From contig CAWJKT010000009.1 in assembly GCA_963843375.1 (NCBI GenBank), forward strand, positions 1 through 64,000: DNA of 64,000 nucleotides. The letters run 5' to 3'. The translations under genes were made by a program, and so were the position numbers. How positions within the stretch are numbered: the first letter of the stretch is position 1; each line of letters begins with the position of its first letter. Positions 31,185-40,170 of the stretch are shown here, piece by piece. Source of the stretch: an uncultured Pseudomonadota bacterium. GTDB taxonomy: Bacteria; Oederibacteriota; Muellerivitia; Muellerivitales; Muellerivitaceae. The notes under the pieces were generated by a model. That model saw only the letters and a list, made by a program, of their open reading frames with translations. It did no database searches and was not told the DNA's origin.

Positions 31185-32290
31185 GCAAGCCTAATGTTCA
31201 TGGATTGCCTTCGCATCTTCGTAAGGATGCGGAGGGTTATTTTTTGGACTACTTTATCCAGGAAGGAGGTTTGAAAAAAAGGAAAAGAGTCCGGTTGGGC
31301 CACGTACCTTTGGCCCAGGCCAAAAAGATCCTCGCTCAAAACATGACGGATATGTTGGAGCAAAGGTTTTTGGAGGTTGACCGGAAAAAGGTGACTTTTA
31401 ACGAAGCCGCCGATTCCTTCTTGGCTTATTCCCAGGGCAGGAAAAAGAGCCACCGAAACGACATTCCAATTGTCGCGAGGTTCAAGGCTTTTTTTGGAAA
31501 CCGGTACCTGGAAAGTTTGACCCTGGACCATTTGGAGTCGTACATTCTCCGAAGGCAAAGGGAAGGCCAAGTGAACCACAAGGGGAAACCCTTGTCGGGA
31601 ACCACCTTGAACAAGGAAATCGCCTGCCTCAAGACGATTATCCATAGGGCTATTCGAAACGGCCAAATAGACCGTGATCCGATAGTCGGTATTAAAAAGT
31701 TCAAGGAAATTCCACGGGATAGGACTCTTTCGCCAGAGGAGTGTCAGGGACTTCTCGTGGCTTGTTCCAACCACCTGCGGCCCATCGTCCAATTGGGTTA
31801 TTCAACTGGAATGAGGTGCGGGGAAATACTAGGTTTGAGGTGGGAGCAAGTGGACTTCAAGAATAAAGTGATATTCTTGGAGGCTTTGGACACAAAGACC
31901 CAGGAAAAGAGGGAAGTACCGCTGAGCGAGGCTTTAGTAAGGCTTCTTCAGAATGTTCCCAAGACTCTTGGTAGTCCTTATGTGTTCACCTATAGAGGGA
32001 AGCGAATGGTCAGCGTGAAGACAGCTTTCAAAATAGCGTGCCGAAGGGCTGGGGTTGAGAATTTCAGGTTCCATGACCTCAGGCATTGTTCGGTCACGAA
32101 TATGAGGAAAGCGGGGGTTAGTGACAACGTCACCATGTCGATTCACGGTCATAAGTCAGGCGCAGTATTTAGGAGATATGACCGGGTAGACAGGGAAGAC
32201 CGCCACAAGGCCCTTGGAAAAGTTGAAAGTTTGATTGACACGCATATGACACTCGTGGAAAATCAGTCTCCCCTTGAAGGGAGTAAGTAA
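31181..32290 (+). CDS. Tyrosine recombinase/integrase
   Basis: TGMRCGEI, TK, FHDLRH, HGH, RRY catalytic residues. Confidence 0.95.
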   Translation: MSKPNVHGLPSHLRKDAEGYFLDYFIQEGGLKKRKRVRLGHVPLAQAKKILAQNMTDMLEQRFLEVDRKKVTFNEAADSFLAYSQGRKKSHRNDIPIVARFKAFFGNRYLESLTLDHLESYILRRQREGQVNHKGKPLSGTTLNKEIACLKTIIHRAIRNGQIDRDPIVGIKKFKEIPRDRTLSPEECQGLLVACSNHLRPIVQLGYSTGMRCGEILGLRWEQVDFKNKVIFLEALDTKTQEKREVPLSEALVRLLQNVPKTLGSPYVFTYRGKRMVSVKTAFKIACRRAGVENFRFHDLRHCSVTNMRKAGVSDNVTMSIHGHKSGAVFRRYDRVDREDRHKALGKVESLIDTHMTLVENQSPLEGSK

Positions 32291-32321
32291 TGCAAAACCC
32301 TTTTGTGGAAAGGGTTTTGCA
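32291..32321 (+). terminator. Inverted repeat after integrase
   Basis: TGCAAAACCCTTT-tgtgg-AAAGGGTTTTGCA. Confidence 0.55.
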
Positions 32322-32347
32322 AGATGGAACGTAGATTGTAAAAAGTT

Positions 32348-32403
32348 GAGCTAGCCGCCTTGTAAGCGGCAGGTCACCGGTCCGATTCCGGTCGCCAGCT
32401 CCA
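32348..32403 (+). other. 3' fragment of tRNA-Thr(UGU) = att site
   Basis: GCCGCC-TTGTAA-GCGGC anticodon arm, T-arm, CGCCAGCTCCA end; the matching 5' acceptor GCTGGCG is absent. Confidence 0.85.
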
Positions 32404-32436
32404 TTTTTTAAAAAATATGTTCCCAGCATGTTTTAA

Positions 32437-32490
32437 AAGCCTTTGCCTGTAAGGATTTTAGTGATCTTACAGGCAAAGGCTTACTTTTTG
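32437..32490 (+). terminator. 17-bp perfect hairpin followed by T-run
   Basis: AAGCCTTTGCCTGTAAG...CTTACAGGCAAAGGCTT acttttt. Confidence 0.75.
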
Positions 32491-32795
32491 AAATGATCAT
32501 CAAAGATCATCAGTGCGCCTAAAAATTCATAAAAAATCAAATCATAAGACTCCTATAAGACACGAACTAAAAGCCTACTATATATGGTAGTTACACATTT
32601 ATTTGTTTTAGCTCCCAATCCCTTGTTTACATAGATAGGCCTGAAAATAATTTAAAACCAACCTAAAGACTCAATAGGTTTAAGGAAACATGTAGATTGT
32701 GGAGATTAAGTTTTGCCCAGCTTGTTAAATTTACTTGAACGTCATTAGAATCCGAAGATTGGCGTTTAACATTCTTTTGAGAAAAGGACAAGGAA

Positions 32796-33059
32796 ATGAG
32801 AAGTAAAGGATGCGAAAGACTAGGGGCCAAACTCTTGACCATCGGTTTAAATTCCGGCAAAGCTGAGTTGTTCCAAGAAGCGGTTGTGGAAATAGTGGAA
32901 AATCTTGGTGGGGTTGAAGCTTTTGCAAAGAAAGCAAAAATGTCTGTCCTGCAGTTAAAAAAAGCCTTAGCGAGTCGAGAAGCATTTCAAAGATGGGTTG
33001 ATATAGCCAAGATCGTGAAGGTACTAAGCAATAGCCGGATGGCATTTCATGTAAAATGA
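32796..33059 (+). CDS. Addiction-module antidote-like HTH protein
   Basis: IVENLGGVEAFAKKAKMS..L.KAL pattern; SD AAGGA. Confidence 0.55.
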   Translation: MRSKGCERLGAKLLTIGLNSGKAELFQEAVVEIVENLGGVEAFAKKAKMSVLQLKKALASREAFQRWVDIAKIVKVLSNSRMAFHVK

Positions 33060-33241
33060 ATCGGATTGTAGGGCATGATAATTATTTATGACACAATAGA
33101 TTCAAAGTCTATCGGCTACACTGCCACATCATTTCGGATTCGACTTTAAGCACGATTTTTCCCAATAAAATGATGGTTTACACTAAGCCACTACATAGCA
33201 AAAGCCATTAAGTATTGGGGACTTTACAACGGAGGGCAAAA

Positions 33242-33553
33242 ATGACACGTCGAACGGTCGATCATCATGAATTTCTTTTGAAGGAACTTAAGGACCCTGA
33301 AATCCGAAAGGGTTATCTGAACGCCGCCCTGGACGGGTGGGATAAAAAACATTTTCTTTCTTCTCTTAAAAACGTGGTGGACGCATTGGGCGGCATTGGT
33401 AAACTTGGCGCCGAAACTATATTAAGCCGCCAGCATCTTTACGATATGCTTTCCGAGAACGGCAACCCCACGTGGGAGAGTATCCTCAAAGTTGCCCACG
33501 CTTTCCGGTTGAAAGTTCATTTTGAATTGGAACCAGCCAGTAAAAGGCACTAA
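33242..33553 (+). CDS. Putative addiction-module antidote (HI1420-like)
   Basis: LKDPE...YLNAAL...LKNVVDALGGIGKLG....SRQHLYDMLSENGNPT. Confidence 0.85.
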   Translation: MTRRTVDHHEFLLKELKDPEIRKGYLNAALDGWDKKHFLSSLKNVVDALGGIGKLGAETILSRQHLYDMLSENGNPTWESILKVAHAFRLKVHFELEPASKRH

Positions 33554-33747
33554 GATTTTGCAGGGGAAGTTTCCCTCTCCTGCACCAATACTCCAGCTTA
33601 TTTTCCACGACCACACATTTTCAAGTAATCGATGATCTGCCACTTATCAGCTAGGCTACTAGGTGTCCACTATGAGGACCCAGATTGAACAGAAAAAGCA
33701 CTTTTAACCTTGGATAATCCGTTACCCTTCGAAAAGTGTAACGCTTT

Positions 33748-33775
33748 CGGAGTTCGATTCCCCGTGGGGCCACCA
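33748..33775 (+). other. 3' tRNA fragment (T-arm, acceptor, CCA; Glu-like), relic att site
   Basis: CGGAGTTCGATTCCCCGTGGGGCCACCA with no 5' half. Confidence 0.65.
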
Positions 33776-34218
33776 GTTTTTTCGTTTGTTTACCTAGGTT
33801 ATGACGCTTAAATTTTTCTGATCTAACCCTGATCTAACAAGTTTTCCTCTTCCTCAAGACTAAAAGTGAAGTGCTTACTCAAGTCAGGTTTTAAATTATT
33901 AAAGACGCAATAGATTTAAAGTCTATTGGATTCACTGAAAAATCAAGGAGGTTTCCCCAAAACTGGACCGCCAAAATATTAGTATTAGATTTGTAATTCC
34001 GTGTGAAATGGGAATTATTAATAACAACAAAGTAAGGGGTTATTGTCAAGTTATCCACAAAGACACTGAACTCCGGACTATCAATTTGATCTTTTTAAAA
34101 TGAAAATTAAGAAACTTGATGGGGCTCATACATTAATCATAAATGCAAGAGTAGAATTAAATTGATCGCTCAGGTAATTGTTTTTAGAAAACTCGACTGT
34201 TTTTCTTGAAGGCATTTC

Positions 34219-35886
34219 ATGCGAATAGAAAATCTCGATATAAATGAATTACTGGAATTAAGCCCCAAGAGGGGAATTGTTCATTTCGCGGGCCAGCGGG
34301 CTTTGATTTTTGACGCTGTGACTCACGGGATGCTTCGCAATGAGCTCGTTGATAGTTTTGGGGAAAGAACTGCTCGGGGCATTCTTACGCGCTACGGTTA
34401 TATTCACGGCAGGCGGCTTGCCGAAACCCTTAAAGATAAATATAAATGGGTCAACCAAGAGGAATGGCAAAAAGCCGGAGCGCGGATTTATGCCTTATTG
34501 GGTCTTTCTCTGCTGGACTCGGATAGCCCCACTACTTTTAGTTCTGAGGGTGGAACTTTTCACGTCTCCTACGAAGCGGAGCAGCATTTAATTCTCAACG
34601 GCCGTTCGAACAATCCGGTCTGTTGGAATCTTTGTGGAATCATCAGTGGTTACCAAAGTGTAGCATTGGGTAAGGAAATGTACGCGTTGGAAGATAAGTG
34701 TATGGGAAAGGGAGACCTGTTTTGTCATGTGGTCATCAAGACCAAGGAAGAATGGGGCGACAAGGTTGCGGATGAACTGGCGGTTTTCAAACGGGTTGGA
34801 ATTGACGAGGCTTTGGAGTGTGCCGCCGCCAAGTTGAAACAGGTCGAAAGCGAATTAATTGAAAAAACCCGCAAGCTAAATCTCAGCGCCAAAATCAATG
34901 ATGATCCGACGGAACGCATGACCAGAAGTCCCGAGATGCGCAAATTGATGGAACTGGCCAAAACCATCGCAGCGACGGACTCCACGGTTATGATTACGGG
35001 CGAGAGCGGCTCGGGCAAGGAAAGGGTAGCTCGTTTCGTGCACGACCAGTCCTTGCGCGCGGAAGGTCCCTTTATCGCCGTGAATTGCGGAGCTATCACC
35101 GAGACCCTGCTGGAAAGTGAACTTTTTGGCCACGCCCGGGGAGCTTTTACGGGAGCGGCGACGGACCGCCCGGGTCTTTTTGAGGCGGCCAACGGTGGTA
35201 CCCTTTTCCTTGATGAAGTTGGTGAAATTAGTCTTCCCATGCAGGTGAAACTACTTCGGGTACTTCAAGAACGGGAAGTTAGGCGTGTGGGTGAGAATAA
35301 AAGCCGTTCCATCAATGTGCGTATTGTCAGCGCCACCAATAAGATCATGAAAACCGAAGTGGCGCAAAAACGGTTCCGCGAGGATATTTATTACCGGCTG
35401 AACGTAGTCGAATTAACGGTTCCTCCCTTGCGCCACCGCAGGGAGGACATTCTTCCCCTGGCCCAGTTCCTTCTGGCGGAATCCGCCCTTCAAATGAAGC
35501 GGTCTGTGGACGGATTGACAACCGAAGCGGCTGATTGTTTGATGGGTTATGACTGGCCCGGCAATGTTCGCGAACTGGCCAATGCCATGGAGCGGGCGGT
35601 GGCTGTGACTAAGACCAATAGGATCGATGTCGGGGATTTTCCGCCGGAAGTACGATTAGGGAAGTCTTTAGTTTCTAATGCGGGTGTTCCACGGTCCTTA
35701 AGGGATATGGAGAAGGATTGCATCATGGCCGCGTTGGAAAAAACCGAAGGCAATCGTTTCAAAACCGCCGAGCTCATGGGGGTGGGTGTGGCGACGCTTT
35801 ATCGAAAGATCAAGACTTACCGATTGGATAAGACGAAAATCCAAAAAAACGTTAGGAAGCGTGGTTATGCCCGTGGACGAATATGA
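34219..35886 (+). CDS. XylR/DmpR-type sigma54 activator (XylR_N-V4R-AAA-HTH)
   Basis: GIVHFAGQRALI, YEAEQH, PVCW, EDKCMGKGD..C; GESGSGKE, GAFTGA, LFLDEV, WPGNVREL, Fis HTH. Confidence 0.95.
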   Translation: MRIENLDINELLELSPKRGIVHFAGQRALIFDAVTHGMLRNELVDSFGERTARGILTRYGYIHGRRLAETLKDKYKWVNQEEWQKAGARIYALLGLSLLDSDSPTTFSSEGGTFHVSYEAEQHLILNGRSNNPVCWNLCGIISGYQSVALGKEMYALEDKCMGKGDLFCHVVIKTKEEWGDKVADELAVFKRVGIDEALECAAAKLKQVESELIEKTRKLNLSAKINDDPTERMTRSPEMRKLMELAKTIAATDSTVMITGESGSGKERVARFVHDQSLRAEGPFIAVNCGAITETLLESELFGHARGAFTGAATDRPGLFEAANGGTLFLDEVGEISLPMQVKLLRVLQEREVRRVGENKSRSINVRIVSATNKIMKTEVAQKRFREDIYYRLNVVELTVPPLRHRREDILPLAQFLLAESALQMKRSVDGLTTEAADCLMGYDWPGNVRELANAMERAVAVTKTNRIDVGDFPPEVRLGKSLVSNAGVPRSLRDMEKDCIMAALEKTEGNRFKTAELMGVGVATLYRKIKTYRLDKTKIQKNVRKRGYARGRI

Positions 35887-35929
35887 TTATTATTGGCTTT
35901 CAAAACTAAGGGTTAAGCTTATCGTGACT

Positions 35930-36187
35930 TTATTTGGCGGTATTTTGAGACTGATTTTGTGTTATGGACGAGCTTTCACCATAAGCTCCCCAATTGTGCC
36001 CGAAGATATGGTCGCAAAAGAAAACGTAGAGGCCGAATAGGGCTAATCCCGCCAAAAGTCCTTTTCCCACAAAACCGGCATTGAAAAGGGGACGGGTCTT
36101 GTTGGTTAATTTTAAATTGTGACCAGCCTCAAAATCGTTTTTTTCCTCAATGGTGCTTTCGTTCATTTCTGGTTGTGATGTCTCCAT
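35930..36187 (-). CDS. Small single-TM protein
   Basis: AAGGGG SD, one hydrophobic helix. Confidence 0.6.
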   Translation of the reverse strand: METSQPEMNESTIEEKNDFEAGHNLKLTNKTRPLFNAGFVGKGLLAGLALFGLYVFFCDHIFGHNWGAYGESSSITQNQSQNTAK

Positions 36188-36248
36188 GTCTTATCCCCTT
36201 CTTTTAATTCATGTTTAAACTCAACTGATATTCTTATGCCGTTTTTCT

Positions 36249-36431
36249 TCAGATAGCCTTAAGGCTTTCCTGTATTTCCTTTTCCCCTTCTGCCCAATCG
36301 TGTAACTCGTCACCCGCTTGGGAATATCGTCCACGGTTCAACCAACTGTAATAAGCGGCTTCTTCGATCCTTTTGGTCGTCTCGCTAGCGCTGATAGGAG
36401 GAGCTGATTTGACTATTTTCTTAATGGACAT
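36249..36431 (-). CDS. Stand-alone DUF2934 protein
   Basis: RIEEAAYYSWLNRG....DELHDWAEGEKEI; AAGGA SD. Confidence 0.85.
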   Translation of the reverse strand: MSIKKIVKSAPPISASETTKRIEEAAYYSWLNRGRYSQAGDELHDWAEGEKEIQESLKAI

Positions 36432-36491
36432 ATGGATTTCCTTTTTGGTGATTTGGATTTAAAAATATTCATCGAAAGACTGATTAGTAAA

Positions 36492-36508
36492 AGCAAGAAA
36501 TAGGCCGT
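36492..36508 (-). promoter_or_regulatory. sigma54 -24/-12 promoter (leftward)
   Basis: ACGGCCTATTTCTTGCT on minus strand, GG-N10-GC. Confidence 0.7.
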
Positions 36509-36568
36509 GTTTCCTTTGTCGTGTAACCTGATTTCATAAGCCCGATGGGAAGACTCTGTCCTTCCTTC

Positions 36569-36606
36569 TCGATCAGAATGATATTTTGATCGATCATTTT
36601 GATCGA
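36569..36606. promoter_or_regulatory. Tandem palindromic UAS for XylR-type activator
   Basis: TCGATCA-gaa-TGATATT and TCGATCA-ttt-TGATCGA, centres 21 bp apart. Confidence 0.7.
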
Positions 36607-36709
36607 AATAAACGAAATTCCGTAGAGGTTGAAAATTTACTATCGGCTCTTAAACGAATATTTCCTTCCGATTTTGAAGTGTTCGAAAGGTTCGTTCTGA
36701 AATTTATGG

Positions 36710-36726
36710 ACGGCATGTTCTTTGCT
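36710..36726 (+). promoter_or_regulatory. sigma54 -24/-12 promoter (rightward)
   Basis: ACGGCATGTTCTTTGCT, GG-N10-GC, ~60 bp before the LysM ATG. Confidence 0.75.
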
Positions 36727-36784
36727 TTAATTCTTAAATTGAATTTCATTGATTGTGATATTCGGAATTAATAAGGAAAAAAAC

Positions 36785-37228
36785 ATGAGAAATAACGCGA
36801 AAACAGTGGTGTTTTTATCTTTAACCATGATGGGCTTAGGGGTTTATGGCTGTGGGACACCTAAAGTAGTCACCACCGAGGTTCCGAGCACGGCGGCAAA
36901 TAATGAGGTGGCGGTGGCAACACCCCAACCCCAAGCTCAGCCGCAACCGGCTCCGATGGAGAAGTATGTAGTTCAAAAAGGGGACACCCTTTGGGGGATT
37001 TCGGGCAAAACTGAAATTTACGGCGATTCCTTTCAATGGCCCCTGATTTTTAAGACCAACCGGGATCTCATTCAGGATCCGGACCTCATTTATCCCGATC
37101 AAACATTGACAATTGATAAGAGCGTTTCTGAGGCAGAAACGAAAAAAGCTGAAAAACTTGCCGATGAAACACCGAAATATGTTCCTCACGAGAAAGTTCG
37201 CAAAAAGCTCCCCATAGATTATTTTTAA
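36785..37228 (+). CDS. LysM lipoprotein
   Basis: VYGC lipobox; YVVQKGDTLWGIS...WPLIF..N...DPDLIYP. Confidence 0.92.
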   Translation: MRNNAKTVVFLSLTMMGLGVYGCGTPKVVTTEVPSTAANNEVAVATPQPQAQPQPAPMEKYVVQKGDTLWGISGKTEIYGDSFQWPLIFKTNRDLIQDPDLIYPDQTLTIDKSVSEAETKKAEKLADETPKYVPHEKVRKKLPIDYF

Positions 37229-37286
37229 CGATGAAAGTTTTTAAATTATTTTGTTTCTTTTCGCTAAATCAAAATTGGGGGCATGA

Positions 37287-37559
37287 GTGGAAATCATAGA
37301 AAAAATGGAAATTAAAAACCGGTTGGGCCTTCACTTAAGGGCGGCTGCTGAACTGGTGAAGACGGCTTCCAAATACAAATGCCGAATATTGGTCAGAAAA
37401 AACCACCAGCAAGCGGATTGCAGGAGCATTCTAAATCTTATGGCGCTGGCGGCGAGCCATGGATCGGAACTCACGCTGATATTTGAAGGGGATGATGCCT
37501 GGCATGCGCATCAGGCAATTCAAAATCTTTTTCTCAACAAATTCGGAGAAAAGGAATAG
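37287..37559 (+). CDS. ptsH: HPr phosphocarrier
   Basis: GLHLRAA (His15) and SIL (Ser46) motifs. Confidence 0.9.
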   Translation: MEIIEKMEIKNRLGLHLRAAAELVKTASKYKCRILVRKNHQQADCRSILNLMALAASHGSELTLIFEGDDAWHAHQAIQNLFLNKFGEKE

Positions 37560-37626
37560 CGGTTTGAAGATATGGCGGTATCGAATGATCCGGTGATTCC
37601 GTTCGTAAAAAAATTAAGGAGACACC

Positions 37627-40170
37627 ATGAGTCAAACATCCCCTATGAACCATTTGATATATGGGTTGCCTACGGATATCGAGGGATTCGATTCTCTCCT
37701 TGAATTGGCTTTGGATTTGCGCTGGTCTTGGAATCATGCCTCCGATGAAATATGGCGGAATCTGGATCCGGCGCTCTGGGATCAGACCCATCATCCCTGT
37801 GATATCTTGCATTCGGTTTCCCGGCAGAAAATAAGCGCTATGCTCGCCGATCCGGTTTTTCGAAAGAAGATCGACGCCCTTTTGTTATCTAAAAAGCAGG
37901 CGGAAGAAGCGCCTTCGTGGTTTCATAAGCATTATCCGGAATCCTCCCTGTCCTGTGTGGCGTATTTCAGCATGGAATTTATGTTAAGCGAAGCCCTTCC
38001 AATTTATTCGGGAGGCCTGGGCAATGTGGCCGGCGACCAGCTCAAAGCCGCCAGCGATCTGGGCGTTCCGGTGGTGGGCGTGGGCCTGCTCTATCAGCAG
38101 GGATATTTTCGCCAGGTGATCGACAAGCAGGGGAACCAACAGGCCATCTATCCTTACAACGACCCGGGTCAACTGCCCATTACGCCCCTGCGCCTTCCGA
38201 ACGGCGAATGGCTGAGGCTGGAAATCACCCTGCCTGGTCATTCGGTCTGGTTGCGGGCCTGGCAGGCGCAGGTCGGGCGGGTCAAGCTTTACCTTCTGGA
38301 CAGCAATGATGTGGCTAACATTCCCGCGCACCGGGAGATCACCAGTGAACTGTATGGAGGCGGTCCGGAACTTCGGTTGAAACAAGAGATGGTGCTTGGG
38401 ATCGGCGGGTGGCGTTTGCTGCGCGCGATGGGGCTCCAACCGAAAGTCTGTCACCTCAACGAAGGCCATGCGGCCTTCGCTGTGCTGGAACGGACGCAGA
38501 ATTTCATGGAGGAAACCGGCCAGCCTTTTGACACGGCCCTAGCCATCACGCGGGCGGGAAACTTGTTTACCACACACACGGCGGTGGTCGCCGGCTTTGA
38601 TCGTTTTGACCCGGTTCTGATAGAACAATATCTCGGTGGATACGCTGAAAAAAAACTCGGAATATCCCTAGGCAGTCTGCTGGCGCTGGGCCGTCAGAAC
38701 CCGGATGACCCGTCGGAAAGTTTCAATATGGCCTATCTGGCTATCCGTGGAAGCGGGTCGGTCAACGCGGTAAGCCGCCTGCATGGCCAGGTTAGCCGGC
38801 ATCTTTTTGAGCCGCTTTTTACGCATTGGCCTGAGGCTGAGGTTCCCATCGGCCACGTCACGAATGGAGTCCACATGCCCACCTGGGATTCGGCCCCGGC
38901 CGATGATCTTTGGACGGAAGCCTGTGGGAAAGACCGATGGCTGGGTCCGTTGGAAAATCTGGAGCAGAACATCCGCCGCATTTCCGACGATAGGTTCTGG
39001 CGGTTTCGGACCGCCGCTACCAAGTCTTTTGTTGAATACGCGCGTGAGAGGTTGTCCGCGCAACTGGCCGTTTCGGGCGCCTCACCGGAGGAGGTGGAAG
39101 CGGCCAAACATATCTTCGATCCCAACACGTTAACGCTGGGTTTCGCGCGCCGTTTCGCCACTTACAAACGGCCCGATATGCTGTTACACGATCCAGAGAG
39201 GTTGCTACGCCTGTTAACCAATCCCCAGCGTCCAGTCCAACTGGTCATCGCCGGAAAGGCCCATCCGGAGGATCAGGCTGGACAGGCCCTGATCCATGAG
39301 TGGATCAAATTTATCCGCAGACCCGAAGCCCGCCCGCATGTGGTCTTCCTCAGCGACTACGACATGCTTTTGAGCGAATACCTGGTGCAGGGAGTCGACG
39401 TTTGGATCAACACCCCCCGGCGGCCATGGGAAGCCTGCGGAACCAGCGGCATGAAGGTGCTTGTCAATGGAGGCCTCAATCTTTCTGAATTGGACGGTTG
39501 GTGGGCAGAGGCCTATACCCCGGAGGTCGGCTGGGCATTGGGAGACGGCAAAGAGCATGGCGATGATCCCGCCTGGGATGCCGATGAGGCCGAAGCGCTT
39601 TACGGCCTGCTCGAACAAAAAGTGATCCCGGAATTTTATGACCGCGATGGGAGCGGCATTCCGACGGCGTGGGTTCAACGGATGCGCGAGAGCATGGCTC
39701 GATTGACTCCGAATTTTTCCTCCAACCGCGCCGTACGGGAATACACCGAGAAACATTATCTCCCGGCCGCTTCGGCTTACCTTGAGCGCTCGGCAAACAA
39801 AGGCGTCGTGGGTAAACAAATGGTTGATTGGCAAAAAAAATTGGAACAGAAATGGTCCGCGATTCATTTCGGGGACTTGAAGATTGATAACCATGATAAC
39901 CAACACTTTTTTGAGGTTAAGGTCTATCTCAATGACATGGATCCACGATCCGTAAGAGTGGAGCTTTACGCTGAGGGCGCCAAGGGCGAGTCTCCTTTTC
40001 GGCAGGAAATGAAGAAAGTGAGCCCTTTGCCTGACACCATTGGCGGCTTTATTTACGGAGTGAAGATTTCTGAGGGTCGGCCACCGACGGATTATACGGC
40101 AAGAGTGATCCCACACCACGATGGAGTCGCCGTGCCTTTGGAAGAGAAACGGATCCTATGGCAACGATAA
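37627..40170 (+). CDS. glgP: Alpha-glucan (glycogen) phosphorylase
   Basis: YFSMEF, YSGGLG, HLNEGH, ARRFATYKR, EACGTSGMK. Confidence 0.96.
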   Translation: MSQTSPMNHLIYGLPTDIEGFDSLLELALDLRWSWNHASDEIWRNLDPALWDQTHHPCDILHSVSRQKISAMLADPVFRKKIDALLLSKKQAEEAPSWFHKHYPESSLSCVAYFSMEFMLSEALPIYSGGLGNVAGDQLKAASDLGVPVVGVGLLYQQGYFRQVIDKQGNQQAIYPYNDPGQLPITPLRLPNGEWLRLEITLPGHSVWLRAWQAQVGRVKLYLLDSNDVANIPAHREITSELYGGGPELRLKQEMVLGIGGWRLLRAMGLQPKVCHLNEGHAAFAVLERTQNFMEETGQPFDTALAITRAGNLFTTHTAVVAGFDRFDPVLIEQYLGGYAEKKLGISLGSLLALGRQNPDDPSESFNMAYLAIRGSGSVNAVSRLHGQVSRHLFEPLFTHWPEAEVPIGHVTNGVHMPTWDSAPADDLWTEACGKDRWLGPLENLEQNIRRISDDRFWRFRTAATKSFVEYARERLSAQLAVSGASPEEVEAAKHIFDPNTLTLGFARRFATYKRPDMLLHDPERLLRLLTNPQRPVQLVIAGKAHPEDQAGQALIHEWIKFIRRPEARPHVVFLSDYDMLLSEYLVQGVDVWINTPRRPWEACGTSGMKVLVNGGLNLSELDGWWAEAYTPEVGWALGDGKEHGDDPAWDADEAEALYGLLEQKVIPEFYDRDGSGIPTAWVQRMRESMARLTPNFSSNRAVREYTEKHYLPAASAYLERSANKGVVGKQMVDWQKKLEQKWSAIHFGDLKIDNHDNQHFFEVKVYLNDMDPRSVRVELYAEGAKGESPFRQEMKKVSPLPDTIGGFIYGVKISEGRPPTDYTARVIPHHDGVAVPLEEKRILWQR

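Larger units (their letters stand above)
6560..32403 (+). mobile_element. Integrative (ICE-like) element; right end at tRNA-Thr fragment, left end not in contig
   Basis: xis-int next to tRNA 3' duplicate, VirB4 module, repressor, defence cargo. Confidence 0.7.

Noticed and set aside
17518..32290. Prophage (repressor + xis + int)
   Set aside because: No terminase, portal, capsid, tail or lysis genes recognised; VirB4 module present instead
32325..32403. Functional tRNA-Thr
   Set aside because: 5' acceptor strand and D-arm are missing; T-loop altered
34051..34059. DnaA box TTATCCACA as replication origin
   Set aside because: Single copy, no dnaA or box cluster nearby
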